The position numbers and the translations under genes were made by a program. From an uncultured virus (IMG/VR IMGVR_UViG_3300020564_000003) (taxonomy: Duplodnaviria; Heunggongvirae; Uroviricota; Caudoviricetes), in IMG/VR virus record IMGVR_UViG_3300020564_000003: DNA of 64,000 bases; one strand, written 5' to 3'. The notes beneath the pieces were generated by a model. The model was not told the origin of the DNA, did no database searches, and saw nothing but the letters and a program-made list of their open reading frames with translations. Positions 44,661 to 55,258 of the stretch are shown here, piece after piece (positions within the stretch are counted from its first letter, which is position 1; every line of letters begins with the position of its first letter).

Positions 44661-46036
44661 TGGCATACACATCTCCAACACCTACTGACGCTCAACGAGA
44701 TGCTGCTGCTGCAGCACGCGCTAAAGATGCCATAAAAAAAGCAGAAGCAGCTGCTGCAGAGAAAAAAAGACAAGCATTAATTACAAAAGAGGTTAAAGAG
44801 CTACAAAAAAAGAGAGACAGAGCTAATCTCCTACTAAAATCTTATGCAGACGGTAAAGCTGCTATTAAAAAAGCTTTAGAAGCTATTTATGCAGCCAATA
44901 CACCTCCTTACAGCGTTCAAGTAGCTAAAAATATTCTTGCACTACAAAAAAACTCAAACTCATACGAAGAGTTAGCTAAAAAAAAGAAAAAAGAATTAGA
45001 TGACATCAATGCTAGAATTAAAGAACTTTTAGCTTCTAGAAAAGCGGGTTATGTCTTTAAACCTAAATACATTTTTCCAGTAAAGCCAAAGGATGAAAAA
45101 CCCCCTGTTCCTGCTCCACCCTCAAGCTATGACGGAGTAAAGTATAAATACAATATACCTATGATGAAAAGTGCTATGCACAATCCTTTTGGTGTGCAAT
45201 CCAGGTCGGTTTTAGACCCCAGCTCACTTGGCGGCCCAACTTACACAAATGGAAGACAAGCATTTAAAGGATTAACAACTAAAGACTACGTCGGTGGCGC
45301 ACAGGAATGGCAAGGAATTGTCCCTTCTAGAGGCACCATTCAAATGAGCAAAATGTTTGCAGAAAATGCAATCACTACTCAAGCTGAAAAAGATGCAGCT
45401 AAAAAAGCAGGCATAAAGTTTAACGACACTCCATATGGTTTCAGGTTCTTGTACAACCCAACTGACGTGTCAATGGCTTGGGGTATTGTGGACGCCTTTT
45501 CTCCTCAATACGCAGCAAGTGGTGCTAATGGTATGACGGGAGTTGCAGCGGGCCTTATGAAAGGAACGATTGCTTTTACCCTAATACTAAACCGAATTGA
45601 AGACATGGGAATAATTTACCCAGACGGCTCTTACGCACAACTACTGGATGGTGGGTGGCCTACAGACCCAGACATAACTGAAACTAAAATGATTTACAAA
45701 AAAGGCACAATGTATGACATAGAATACTTATTCAGAGCAATGAATGGCTTTTATGCAGATTATCAATCTGGATTGAACGGTATTACTGCTGATAAAGGTT
45801 GGTTACAACCAATTCCTATGGAATTGCATTTAGGTGCTGGATTAAGATACTTGGTACGTGTAAGTAGCTTAGACTTAAAACACATGATGTTTAATGAGCG
45901 AATGGTTCCTATACTTACTACCGTAAACATTGTATGTACAAGATACTACGACACAGCAACTGGTCTTGACCAAAACGGTGAGTTTGACAGGTCAGTTTAT
46001 AACCCAGAGAGTCCAGGGAGTACCGCCACATCATGA
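44660..46036 (+). CDS. Tail tube-initiator/baseplate protein with N-terminal coiled coil
   Basis: FRFLYNP motif; position after tape measure. Confidence 0.55.
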   Translation: MAYTSPTPTDAQRDAAAAARAKDAIKKAEAAAAEKKRQALITKEVKELQKKRDRANLLLKSYADGKAAIKKALEAIYAANTPPYSVQVAKNILALQKNSNSYEELAKKKKKELDDINARIKELLASRKAGYVFKPKYIFPVKPKDEKPPVPAPPSSYDGVKYKYNIPMMKSAMHNPFGVQSRSVLDPSSLGGPTYTNGRQAFKGLTTKDYVGGAQEWQGIVPSRGTIQMSKMFAENAITTQAEKDAAKKAGIKFNDTPYGFRFLYNPTDVSMAWGIVDAFSPQYAASGANGMTGVAAGLMKGTIAFTLILNRIEDMGIIYPDGSYAQLLDGGWPTDPDITETKMIYKKGTMYDIEYLFRAMNGFYADYQSGLNGITADKGWLQPIPMELHLGAGLRYLVRVSSLDLKHMMFNERMVPILTTVNIVCTRYYDTATGLDQNGEFDRSVYNPESPGSTATS

Positions 46037-46308
46037 TATATTTAGACAGTAGATACGCTGACTCTACAGTGTTTAAAGCTTGGGACTCTAGAAAATCCCA
46101 ATACAACTTAACTTGCTTTAGAAACTTCCCAAGTTACAGACGAAATTTTTTTATGTACGAGTATGTAGAAAAAGACCGTCTAGACACATTAGCTCAAAAG
46201 TTTTTAAATAATCCTGGTTTGTGGTATGAGATTTTAGATATAAATCCTGAGATTATTAACCCGAATGAAATTGCTCCTGGAACTTTATTGCGGATACCTA
46301 ATGCGTGA
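46033..46308 (+). CDS. LysM-like baseplate protein (tail X type)
   Basis: DRLDTLA.KF.....W..I.DINP......PGTLLRIP. Confidence 0.8.
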   Translation: MIYLDSRYADSTVFKAWDSRKSQYNLTCFRNFPSYRRNFFMYEYVEKDRLDTLAQKFLNNPGLWYEILDINPEIINPNEIAPGTLLRIPNA

Positions 46309-47539
46309 CCCACAGCGTCAAAATAGATATGGAAGCTCGTTCACTGTTTCATTCCCAGATTTTCCTGGGTTTACTCAGCTTCCATACTCACTCACCTTAA
46401 CTCAAAAAATAGGTAGTCACGATGTATTAGAGATGCATTACACCTCTCTCAATGTTTACTACGTAAAAGCTTTATCTACAGGTGTAGCTGTAACTGTTAC
46501 TTGGTCTAATGACCTTACTTCAGGTACTTTTATTGGGTATGTATCTGATTTAGAGTACCCAACCTCTACTAGCATTGAAAAACCGTTAAAGATTACTTGT
46601 TTAGCAGCTTCTTATCCCTTAAAGGAAACCCGTCAAAAAATTTGGAAAAACGCAACTGCAAGTGAAGTAGTAACAGACATCGCTACGTTCAACAACTTAA
46701 AACCAGTAGTTACAAAATCAGATATTCGTTTTCCTCAAATATCCTTTTCTGGACAGTCTCAATGGCAAAAAGTGCAAGAATTAGCTCGCTCAATTGGTTA
46801 CGCATGTCAAGTTGTAGGAGTAGAGCTTCATTTTCATCCTGTAGATGTAATGCTACAAAGGTCGTTAACTACAATACCTGTAATGGCATTTTTAGAACGA
46901 GATATCCCCTCTACATCTCAACCTATGTCACAGACACTAGACCACTTTGAAAGCACACAAGGTGATTTTGGGAACTTTTGTGGTAATTCAAAATCTACAA
47001 AAATTGTAGGAGGAGTTGACCCATTAACAGGGAAAGTGTACAGAGCTACCTCTTCACCAACCTCTGTTGGAAAAAACATGAGAGTAAAGAATAGAGACCC
47101 TCTATTCAGTGACGTTGATACAACCATTGTAGTAATAGACAAATTAAGTGCACAAAGTCTATCTGACGCAAAAGCAAAACTTGCTAAGTTATCTATCCCT
47201 GGGTATGGTTTTGGTCAAGGAGACCCTAGAATTGCTCCTTGGAGAACCATTCAAATAGAGGGCAGTGCAACAGGAAGCAATGGTTTTTGGGTAACATCAA
47301 AAGCGGTACACACTATAGTTACAGATGGTAAATACACCATAGAATTTGAGTGTGTAACTGACGGTACTGGAGATAACACTAGCTCTATTATTCCAGGTGC
47401 TCCTACAGTAGACCTAAATGACGCCCTTACAACAGGTGCAAATAGACCTACCAGGTATAAACTAAGTAACTCAGCACCTATGACTAATCAAGCTGTGACT
47501 GGATATAATGTTGTTCCAAGAAGGTGGGTAACAGTATAA
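46301..47539 (+). CDS. Baseplate hub protein (gpD/gp27-like)
   Basis: Preferred ATG 46301; W...TASEVV..IA, Q.Q...LAR.IGY, GDPRI motifs. Confidence 0.7.
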   Translation: MRDPQRQNRYGSSFTVSFPDFPGFTQLPYSLTLTQKIGSHDVLEMHYTSLNVYYVKALSTGVAVTVTWSNDLTSGTFIGYVSDLEYPTSTSIEKPLKITCLAASYPLKETRQKIWKNATASEVVTDIATFNNLKPVVTKSDIRFPQISFSGQSQWQKVQELARSIGYACQVVGVELHFHPVDVMLQRSLTTIPVMAFLERDIPSTSQPMSQTLDHFESTQGDFGNFCGNSKSTKIVGGVDPLTGKVYRATSSPTSVGKNMRVKNRDPLFSDVDTTIVVIDKLSAQSLSDAKAKLAKLSIPGYGFGQGDPRIAPWRTIQIEGSATGSNGFWVTSKAVHTIVTDGKYTIEFECVTDGTGDNTSSIIPGAPTVDLNDALTTGANRPTRYKLSNSAPMTNQAVTGYNVVPRRWVTV

Positions 47540-47943
47540 TGGCTTATGAAAAAACAATATCCCTTCCTTTTTCAATTGACACATTTGGAATGGTAGGAAC
47601 TACAACCCAGCAAACTAAAATTTGGGCTGATAAAGTTCGTTCTGTAATTGGCACTTCAGTTCGTGAAAGAGTTATGAGACCTACATTTGGTACTTTAATT
47701 CCTTTTGCACTTTTTGATGGTGAAGAAAATGCTGCACTGGAAGTACAAGATGAAGTCACCAGTGCATTTGCAAAACGATTAAACTTACTAACATTAATAG
47801 ACGTAGAGTCTGAACCAGGAACTGCGCCAGGTACTTTCAATGTAACTGTTACATACAGCTTACCTAACGAGGAAGTTCAAAAAACTTCAATAGGATTTAT
47901 TGACATTAAAGGAATCTTTCCACCGTATGAGGAGAAACTATGA
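47539..47943 (+). CDS. Baseplate wedge protein (gp25/gpW-like)
   Basis: T...ERVMRPTFG motif; TAATG coupling. Confidence 0.85.
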   Translation: MAYEKTISLPFSIDTFGMVGTTTQQTKIWADKVRSVIGTSVRERVMRPTFGTLIPFALFDGEENAALEVQDEVTSAFAKRLNLLTLIDVESEPGTAPGTFNVTVTYSLPNEEVQKTSIGFIDIKGIFPPYEEKL

Positions 47944-49958
47944 GTATCACACAAGTATCTACTATCCCAATTTCCGTTGACTATACGGGAAGAGATTACT
48001 ACTCAATTCGTGAGCAACTTATTGCTAGAATTCAAGAACGTATACCAGAGTGGACAGCTTCAGACCCAGCAGATTTTGGTGTAGCTCTGGTAGAAGCGTT
48101 TGCATATATGGGAGACTTAATCTCTTACTACATTGATAGAACAGCTAATGAGTTCTCTCTTGCAACAGCTACTCAACGTAACAGCTTGCTAAATATTGCT
48201 CAAACTTACGGGTATATTCCAGCTGGCCATCGTAGTGCTACGGTTGAATTGACTTTTTTTAATAACAACACTTCTGCTGTGTCAGGTACCTTAACAGCAA
48301 CTGGAAATGGCACTACCATAACCTATATAGGAAGCAATCCTTTTGTTGTAAACGGACTTGTTACGGTAACTGGGTTTAGCACAACTTCGTTTAACGTAAC
48401 AGCCGCAACGATTACCTCTGCTTCATCAACCCAGTTTACCGTGGCTGTATCGGGAGTTAGTGGAACTGCTTCTGGTACAGGTGCTTCAACCATGACATAC
48501 CCAGCAATCACAATCCCTGCAGGAACAGTTGTAAGTACCGATGTTGTTACAGCAGACGTGGTTACTCCAGTGTACTTTACTACTACTAGCGACTCTGTAG
48601 TGTTTTCTTCTGATACAGACGTCGTATACGCCGAAGAAGGACGTTACATAAACGTCATTGATTCAGCTGCAGACTTTACTTACGGACAGCAAATTGGGGT
48701 CTCTGACCAAACACCTAACATGACTTTTGAGTTACCAAACACACCTGTGGTAGAAGGGTCTATCTCTGTCTACGTTCAATACGGAACCATTTATGCTAAG
48801 TGGACTCAAGTACAACACTTATTAGATTATGGCCCAAACGATTTGGTGTACACAGTCAAATCCGATGAAAATAACGTTGTCTCTATTTTCTTTGGAGACG
48901 GAGTTTCAGGCGCAATTCCAGTAAACAGCTCTGTAATTCGTGCAATGTATGTTGTTGGTGGAGGAAATATCGGTAACGTTTCTGCTAACACAATTGACAC
49001 AATTGTATACATACCCTCTTTAACTTCATCTCAAACAAGCGCTTTGGCTTCTGCTATAACGGTTATAAATGGAACTGCAGCAACAGGTGGTTCAGACCCA
49101 GAAAGCAATGACGAAATCAGAGCTTCTGCTCCTCTTTCTTTGCGCTCTTCTAACCGTGCTATTACCCTGCAAGATTATGAAGATTTAGCAGTAACTGTAA
49201 CAGGTATTGGGAAAGCAAAAGCTTACGGGTCAACATGGACATCAGTCACTGTATACATTGCTCCAAGCAGAAACTTAAACGACACTGACATACAACCAGG
49301 TCTTACAGAAACTGGAGCAGTCTCTACTGAATACACAGAGTTGGCAACTGCTGCTACGGAGTATTTGTCAGATAAACTTTTAATTGGAAGCTCAGTAACA
49401 ATTCAGCCCCCTACCTACTCTGACTTAGTTATCACAGTTCAATATGTAAAGGTACCTCAGTACACACAAGCAGAGGCAGACATAAATATAAAAAAAGCAC
49501 TTCTGATTGTTTATGGCTACACGGGAATGAACTTTCAAGACACCATTTATCCTCAAGACATTGAGTACATTTTAAATCAAACAGAGGGAGTTAAAACAGC
49601 AAAATTAATTTCTCTATACAAAAATGGGTCAACTATTACTGGAAATGCAACTAACGTTAAGGTCGGATACAACTTAGACACTGTTGCTTCAGGATACGTT
49701 ACCTACACTGTAACCCAGCGCCATGCAATGAAAGCAGGCGGAACTGTAAGTATTTCAGGGTTGTCTGCAGCTGGGTTTAATGTTTCTAACGCTTCCATCG
49801 TAGCTGTAGATGATTACCGAATCGTTGTTGCCAACGCTACTACTGGAACTGCTTCTGGAACAGGCATTGTTACTGGACTTGCTCCTCTAACTGGTTTTGC
49901 AAATGAAATCTTTAGATTTAAAGAAAGTAATATGAACATTGCGGCATACAATGGCTGA
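47940..49958 (+). CDS. Baseplate J-like protein
   Basis: DYTGRDY.SIR, PEWT..D.ADFG..L.E, FGDG..G.IP, GG.DPES, RAIT..DYE. Confidence 0.9.
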   Translation: MSITQVSTIPISVDYTGRDYYSIREQLIARIQERIPEWTASDPADFGVALVEAFAYMGDLISYYIDRTANEFSLATATQRNSLLNIAQTYGYIPAGHRSATVELTFFNNNTSAVSGTLTATGNGTTITYIGSNPFVVNGLVTVTGFSTTSFNVTAATITSASSTQFTVAVSGVSGTASGTGASTMTYPAITIPAGTVVSTDVVTADVVTPVYFTTTSDSVVFSSDTDVVYAEEGRYINVIDSAADFTYGQQIGVSDQTPNMTFELPNTPVVEGSISVYVQYGTIYAKWTQVQHLLDYGPNDLVYTVKSDENNVVSIFFGDGVSGAIPVNSSVIRAMYVVGGGNIGNVSANTIDTIVYIPSLTSSQTSALASAITVINGTAATGGSDPESNDEIRASAPLSLRSSNRAITLQDYEDLAVTVTGIGKAKAYGSTWTSVTVYIAPSRNLNDTDIQPGLTETGAVSTEYTELATAATEYLSDKLLIGSSVTIQPPTYSDLVITVQYVKVPQYTQAEADINIKKALLIVYGYTGMNFQDTIYPQDIEYILNQTEGVKTAKLISLYKNGSTITGNATNVKVGYNLDTVASGYVTYTVTQRHAMKAGGTVSISGLSAAGFNVSNASIVAVDDYRIVVANATTGTASGTGIVTGLAPLTGFANEIFRFKESNMNIAAYNG

Positions 49959-50430
49959 CAAAAACAGTCTTACTGGATTTTTTAGGGGAGTTGTACAAAA
50001 CAATAGAGACCCTCTAAATCAACGACGACTTCAAGTCTTAGTGCCTCAAGCTACTGGGTCTGAAGTTACTGACTGGATTTGGCCTGTTGAGCCACACGGT
50101 GTACACACGTCTCCTCCTAAAATAGGTCAAGGTGTTTGGGTTTCTTACGTTTCTGGGGATTCCGAGTACCCTGTTTGGATTGGGTCTTTTGGAAAGCATC
50201 AAGAAGCAAGCAAACCATACTTAGTAAAGCCTTTACTAAATACTGTATCCCTTTCTGGATTAACACCTTATTTAATAGTGGAGTCTGAGCCAGACGGAAC
50301 TCAAGTAATAGAGCTTACAAAAACTTTGCTAGCAATGGCGAAAACTCTTCTAAACCATGAACAACGAATTCTAGCTCTAGAAGGACAAATGCCTAATAAA
50401 GCAGACATTGGTCATGAACACTCAGTTTAA
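49951..50430 (+). CDS. Baseplate spike protein, gp5/gpV N-terminal OB fold
   Basis: RGVV.NN.DP....RL.V.VP...W...P.IG..VWV....GD..YPVWIG. Confidence 0.85.
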   Translation: MADKNSLTGFFRGVVQNNRDPLNQRRLQVLVPQATGSEVTDWIWPVEPHGVHTSPPKIGQGVWVSYVSGDSEYPVWIGSFGKHQEASKPYLVKPLLNTVSLSGLTPYLIVESEPDGTQVIELTKTLLAMAKTLLNHEQRILALEGQMPNKADIGHEHSV

Positions 50431-50486
50431 CCAGTAATTAACCTGTAAACCAGAGAAAATACAACATTACGATGGAAAGGTAACAA

Positions 50487-51170
50487 ATGGCAGTCTATTA
50501 TCCAGGAAATATTAAGAATGACTTTAGCTCTAAAGTTGACTTCACAGACACAGTTATTGCCTCCCATATTAACGACTTACAAGGTGAAGTAACAGCTATT
50601 GAAACAACGCTAGGCACTTTTCCGTTAACAAGTTCTGGTTGGGGAACATCTGGCTTTGACACTACAACAACAGTTTGGTCAACCGTTAAAGACCGCCTTA
50701 ACAATATTGAAATTGGCATTGCAAATACCCGTGCCCAAGTAGCAGCTATAACCGCAGAAACATTGGCAGGAACAACTTTAAAAAGTACAATCACTAGTTC
50801 TTCCTTAGTCTCTTTTGGTGCTTCTCCAGTATTAAACGACCCAAAGATTTATATGAGCATAAATAATAGAACTGCTTCTTACACAGCTGTTCTTGCAGAT
50901 GCAGACAAACTTGTGACTATGACTGTTGCTACAGCAAACGTGTTTTCAATCCCAACAGACGCAACCGTCCCATTCCCAGTTGGGACTAAAATTCACGTTG
51001 CTCAATTTGGGGCAGGAACAACAACTATCTCTGCAGCAACACCTGGCACAACAACAGTAGTTTCAGCTGGAACAGAGCCTGCTGCACCATTTACTCGTGT
51101 TCAGTATGCTTCTGCAACATGCATTAAAGTAGGAACCAATAGCTGGTTTGTCCTTGGCGATATCCGATAG
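50487..51170 (+). CDS. Short fibre/adaptor protein
   Basis: A.HINDLQ.EV.AIE..LG N-terminus; C-terminal domain paralogous to that of the 20117 fibre. Confidence 0.65.
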   Translation: MAVYYPGNIKNDFSSKVDFTDTVIASHINDLQGEVTAIETTLGTFPLTSSGWGTSGFDTTTTVWSTVKDRLNNIEIGIANTRAQVAAITAETLAGTTLKSTITSSSLVSFGASPVLNDPKIYMSINNRTASYTAVLADADKLVTMTVATANVFSIPTDATVPFPVGTKIHVAQFGAGTTTISAATPGTTTVVSAGTEPAAPFTRVQYASATCIKVGTNSWFVLGDIR

Positions 51171-51178
51171 GATTTTAA

Positions 51179-53395
51179 ATGGCTAATTACGGTAATGCAA
51201 TCTATGGAATATCTAAGTACGGCATTAGCCCTCTACTTGCGTATTCTGTTGAGCCGATGACGTTACTTGTCACGGACTTTCACGAGTCTTACGTGTACTG
51301 GCAAACTCCAACAGGAACATACTCCGCAGTAAGACTGGTACGTAACCAAAGTAGCTACCCAGAAACAGCGGAAGACGGAATCATTGTTTATGAGGCTAGT
51401 ACAACAACGCTTACTAAAACCATGTTTAACGACGGAGGTGGAGTAGAAGACTTAGCGTCAACTCCAGCCCTTGTTCCTGGAAAACCTCTTTACTATAAAC
51501 TGTTTTTGTTTACAGACCCTGGAAAATCCTGGGTAGACGCTGGCTCTATTGAAGGTATAGTTCCTACAGACCATAAAACCGCAGAAAAACTCTTAGAACT
51601 TTTGCCTAGAGTTTTCACTAGTAAAGAGCAGAGCCCTCTTTCTCCTATTGATTATACCTCAGCTTTAGCTACGTTTCTTGACGCGTACGGTTTTGATTTA
51701 GATGAAGCAATAACCTATTTAGACCTGCTACTTCCTGACCACACACGTGTAGCAACTGTTGCTTCAATGCTTCCATTAGAAGTAGCTAACTTTGGGCTTT
51801 TAAACGAACCTGGTTTACCAGTAAAAAATCAAAAACAGTTAATTCGTGAGTCTGTATATATGTATAACAATAAAGGAACTCTAAATGGGCTAGGAACTTA
51901 TGTTGAGTCCCTAACGGGTTACGCACCAACTTTGACGATGTCTAAAAACTTAATGCTAACTCCTCAAGACTCAACTTTCTACAAATCAACAGGTAATTGG
52001 GTTGCAACAGGTGCCACGATATCCTCAAGCACAGAACAAACCCCACCAACTAACTCAAACAACATTGATTTAACCTACTCGTGCAAAATTGTTGCTACAG
52101 GTGCTGGGTCAATGAAGCTAGGAGATGTAGACCCTGTACGTAAAGGCATACCTGTATCTACTGCAACTTATTACTCTTTATCTGCGCAAGTAAAGTCACC
52201 TGCAAGTGCTGGAACTATAACCCCAAAGATTACATACTATGATGGTAACGGAACTCAAATAGGAAGCACTGTTTCTGGCTCAGCAACTAACGCAACAAAC
52301 ACTTACGCGCAAGCATCTGTAAGCGCTAGAGCCACTAAGAACGTGTCTGTGTCTGTGGACTTTGCTACAGGAGCTTCTGGAACAATAACTTACACAACAT
52401 CAGAACCGCACAATCTTATTGCTGGAGAAGTAGTCACAATTGCTGGATTTATTGCTCCAGATACGGCGTTTAACTTAACGGGAGCTACAATAGCAACAGT
52501 ACCTACAACTAATACTTTTACAGTAACGGCTGCTGTGACAGGTACAACCACTACAACAGCTTTAGTTACTAACTCTGGAACAGATTCTGTATATGCAGGT
52601 ATAGAGCTAGCGTGGTCTGCTGCTGGAACTTACTTTGTAGATATGGTCTGTGTTCAAAGTGGGCAAACTATTGCATACGACGAAGCTCGTGCACTTGATA
52701 TCTTTTTAAATCCAAACAAAACAAACTTTATTAATAATCCAACTTTTGAAACAAACGTAACAAACAGTTGGACAAAAGTTGGGGCTAATCTAACTGTAAC
52801 TAAAGACACTGATGAACCAACAGGCTCTTACTCTGGTGAACACAGCGCTAAGTTAGTAAATACAAGTGGTGCATGGTCGTTTACTTCTAATTCTTTTCCT
52901 GTTGAAGAAGGTCAGTTTTATACCTTCTCGTTCTACAAAAAAGCAACAGCTAATTTAACTCTTTCTATTGTTGCTAAAGATGACTTAGGGGCAGTGGTAA
53001 CAGTAAATGCCCCTCCTCCTTACACAGTTGGTTTGTCTACAAGTTGGGTGCGTGATTCCTACACAGTCCTCGTAGGAAGCAATACAGGTATCTCTACTTT
53101 AGAGATGGTTTTCTCTGGAACGGGTGCAAACACTGTCTTCTTAGACTCAATTCAAGCAGAGAAGTCTCCTAAAGCAACTGACTACTTTGATGGAAGTCTA
53201 TCTTCAATTAGCGGTAACCCATTTGGTGCCGTCTGGCAGGGTGCTGTTGGTGACTCTTACTCTTCAGTATACAATAGCAAGCCACTTAAGTTGCCTCGCC
53301 TTGGTTACACCCTTAAGGATTGGATTCCTCAAAACCTATTTTGGAGAATTAGAACCTACGAAGGCTTGGAGTATACAAACCTAACAGCGGTGTAG
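51179..53395 (+). CDS. Baseplate wedge/tail protein I-like with carbohydrate-binding-like domains
   Basis: LLELLPRVF, Y..KGT..GL..Y.ESLTG, two NL..P.F CBM-like units, TDYFDG. Confidence 0.7.
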   Translation: MANYGNAIYGISKYGISPLLAYSVEPMTLLVTDFHESYVYWQTPTGTYSAVRLVRNQSSYPETAEDGIIVYEASTTTLTKTMFNDGGGVEDLASTPALVPGKPLYYKLFLFTDPGKSWVDAGSIEGIVPTDHKTAEKLLELLPRVFTSKEQSPLSPIDYTSALATFLDAYGFDLDEAITYLDLLLPDHTRVATVASMLPLEVANFGLLNEPGLPVKNQKQLIRESVYMYNNKGTLNGLGTYVESLTGYAPTLTMSKNLMLTPQDSTFYKSTGNWVATGATISSSTEQTPPTNSNNIDLTYSCKIVATGAGSMKLGDVDPVRKGIPVSTATYYSLSAQVKSPASAGTITPKITYYDGNGTQIGSTVSGSATNATNTYAQASVSARATKNVSVSVDFATGASGTITYTTSEPHNLIAGEVVTIAGFIAPDTAFNLTGATIATVPTTNTFTVTAAVTGTTTTTALVTNSGTDSVYAGIELAWSAAGTYFVDMVCVQSGQTIAYDEARALDIFLNPNKTNFINNPTFETNVTNSWTKVGANLTVTKDTDEPTGSYSGEHSAKLVNTSGAWSFTSNSFPVEEGQFYTFSFYKKATANLTLSIVAKDDLGAVVTVNAPPPYTVGLSTSWVRDSYTVLVGSNTGISTLEMVFSGTGANTVFLDSIQAEKSPKATDYFDGSLSSISGNPFGAVWQGAVGDSYSSVYNSKPLKLPRLGYTLKDWIPQNLFWRIRTYEGLEYTNLTAV

Positions 53396-53404
53396 TATGC
53401 GCCT

Positions 53405-53680
53405 ATGGTCAACCTACTTATAGCAGTACTCCTATCGGGGTTAGCAGTAACTTTCACTATTGAACTTATATCTCTTGGCTTAGGGCGGTTAATAAGCAAA
53501 GAGAAACTATATGCATTTCTTTCATTGCCATTAAGCTTTGGTGCGCTACTGTGCTTTTATGAAGTTAACTTAAAGTTTGCTGTCTCTGTTCCAGCAGTGT
53601 CTTTTATAGCTTTACTCATCAATAAGTACATTAATAAACCGATAACAATTCAATCACCAAGACGACTACCACCTCTCTAG
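53405..53680 (+). CDS. Small multi-TM membrane protein
   Basis: Three hydrophobic segments; TAGTAT 6 nt upstream. Confidence 0.6.
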   Translation: MVNLLIAVLLSGLAVTFTIELISLGLGRLISKEKLYAFLSLPLSFGALLCFYEVNLKFAVSVPAVSFIALLINKYINKPITIQSPRRLPPL

Positions 53681-53687
53681 GAGCATA

Positions 53688-54281
53688 ATGAAAATAGCTA
53701 TCTTTTCAGACGATGATTTGGACGTCGCACTTGGCATTGACCAACTTCTCACGAAGTACTCTGAACAATCGCCCGAAGTACTTTTTCCAGTAAAGACAGA
53801 CTATGATGACTTTTCTCAAAGCATTATACGAAAGTGTTTAGAGAACCAGGTTAAAGTAACTGCTTTCCTAAGCGATGCTACAGATGTAGGCCACATCATT
53901 AAACAAGTTGACTCTTTTGTAGTTTGTGAAGACCCAGTGAACGACCTGTTACGACAGCTATCTATTGGGGATGCAGTAGGGATTGTTTGGACAGATAGCC
54001 TCACTGACCACCTCATCATCCATACGGTTGAAGATTTGGCTTTAGACACTTGGGATATAACTGATGGGATGGACCCGATTGAAATGGACGAGAACCCGTT
54101 CTTAGGTATGGACCCAGATGACCTCCACGATGGTATGCACAAGGCTCTAGGAGTTTTTGTAGATATGATGGCAGCCTTCATAGCCAGCACAGTTATGGAA
54201 TCGTTAGGTCAAGCAGTTGTGCAGCACCTAAATGAGCAGATAGACAAAAAAGACATTTCACCCTTTGATGATGAGGAGTAG
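53688..54281 (+). CDS. Hypothetical acidic protein
   Basis: AGGAG RBS; 197 aa. Confidence 0.6.
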   Translation: MKIAIFSDDDLDVALGIDQLLTKYSEQSPEVLFPVKTDYDDFSQSIIRKCLENQVKVTAFLSDATDVGHIIKQVDSFVVCEDPVNDLLRQLSIGDAVGIVWTDSLTDHLIIHTVEDLALDTWDITDGMDPIEMDENPFLGMDPDDLHDGMHKALGVFVDMMAAFIASTVMESLGQAVVQHLNEQIDKKDISPFDDEE

Positions 54282-54290
54282 GCAAAGCCT

Positions 54291-55256
54291 GTGTACATCC
54301 CGTCAGAAGCCTATTCAGCCAAGATAACGGATTTCCAGTTCCGTCTCTTCGCCATATTGTGCCGTTCTGCAGGCCCTGGCGGGCTCGTAGAGACCACAGT
54401 AGCCCAGCTCTGTGTAGAGACTGGCAAATCAAGCGACAAGACCATCCGTAGCGCCTTGCAAGGCCTAGAGGCATCGGGGCTTATTGAGACTTCCCAGACT
54501 AAGCGTGCTAACGGTTACCAGGGACGGAAGAAAATTATGGTAAAAAATTACCAAGAAGAAAAGCAGGAGTTGGTAGAAAATTACCGCACCTCACATGACT
54601 ATAAGTCACATAGCAGTATAGCTAATAAGCTATTAGTACCTAATAGCCAATCTAGTTATAAATTAAAAGAATCTGAAACCGTAGGTTTCACAAAGGAGAT
54701 AAGGGTTCCTATGAGAAGATGGGAAGATGATGGAGACTCTCTTGCAGGTTTTGGACTCGTTGAACCAAAAGACGCCCCGCAGCCGAAGATACGAAAGAGC
54801 GACCCTAAGACCAGAGGTAAGCGACCAGAGCACGAGTGGACAGCGATGGATGTTGCTGCAGAGTTTAGTTACCAAGTGGGCCGCAAATACCCGCTACTTC
54901 CAGGAACTGTTTCCGTCAAACAACTATCTGGTGCGCTCAGAAAGTTCAGAACGCAGTACGGAACAACCCCGCTCATAGAGCTTGAACTGCTTAGGCTGTT
55001 CCTGCAGGATGAGCGTAACTTTAAAGATATTGGGGATGAGGCTCCTCACCTTTACAAGAAGTACCTTGCCTCCTTCGGCACGAAGATGAACCAAGCAAGA
55101 GAGAACCTTGGACTAAACAAAGTTACTGCTAAAGTTGAGACCACCCCAGCATCTGGTACTCTCAGCTCCAGTGACGGTCGTGTGTTCCAGAACTCTTTGA
55201 GTGGACGTGCACAACTAGAGCGACATGAAAAACGATTGAAAGGCAAGGAGAACTAA
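54291..55256 (+). CDS. Winged-HTH protein, probable replication initiator
   Basis: N-terminal TVAQLC..TG.S..TIR.AL..LE..GLI; upstream of DnaC-like loader. Confidence 0.6.
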   Translation: MYIPSEAYSAKITDFQFRLFAILCRSAGPGGLVETTVAQLCVETGKSSDKTIRSALQGLEASGLIETSQTKRANGYQGRKKIMVKNYQEEKQELVENYRTSHDYKSHSSIANKLLVPNSQSSYKLKESETVGFTKEIRVPMRRWEDDGDSLAGFGLVEPKDAPQPKIRKSDPKTRGKRPEHEWTAMDVAAEFSYQVGRKYPLLPGTVSVKQLSGALRKFRTQYGTTPLIELELLRLFLQDERNFKDIGDEAPHLYKKYLASFGTKMNQARENLGLNKVTAKVETTPASGTLSSSDGRVFQNSLSGRAQLERHEKRLKGKEN

Positions 55257-55258
55257 AC

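Noticed and set aside
38501..53395. Bacterial extracellular contractile injection system or tailocin
   Set aside because: Terminase, portal, capsid and replication genes in the same window show that this is a complete phage tail module.
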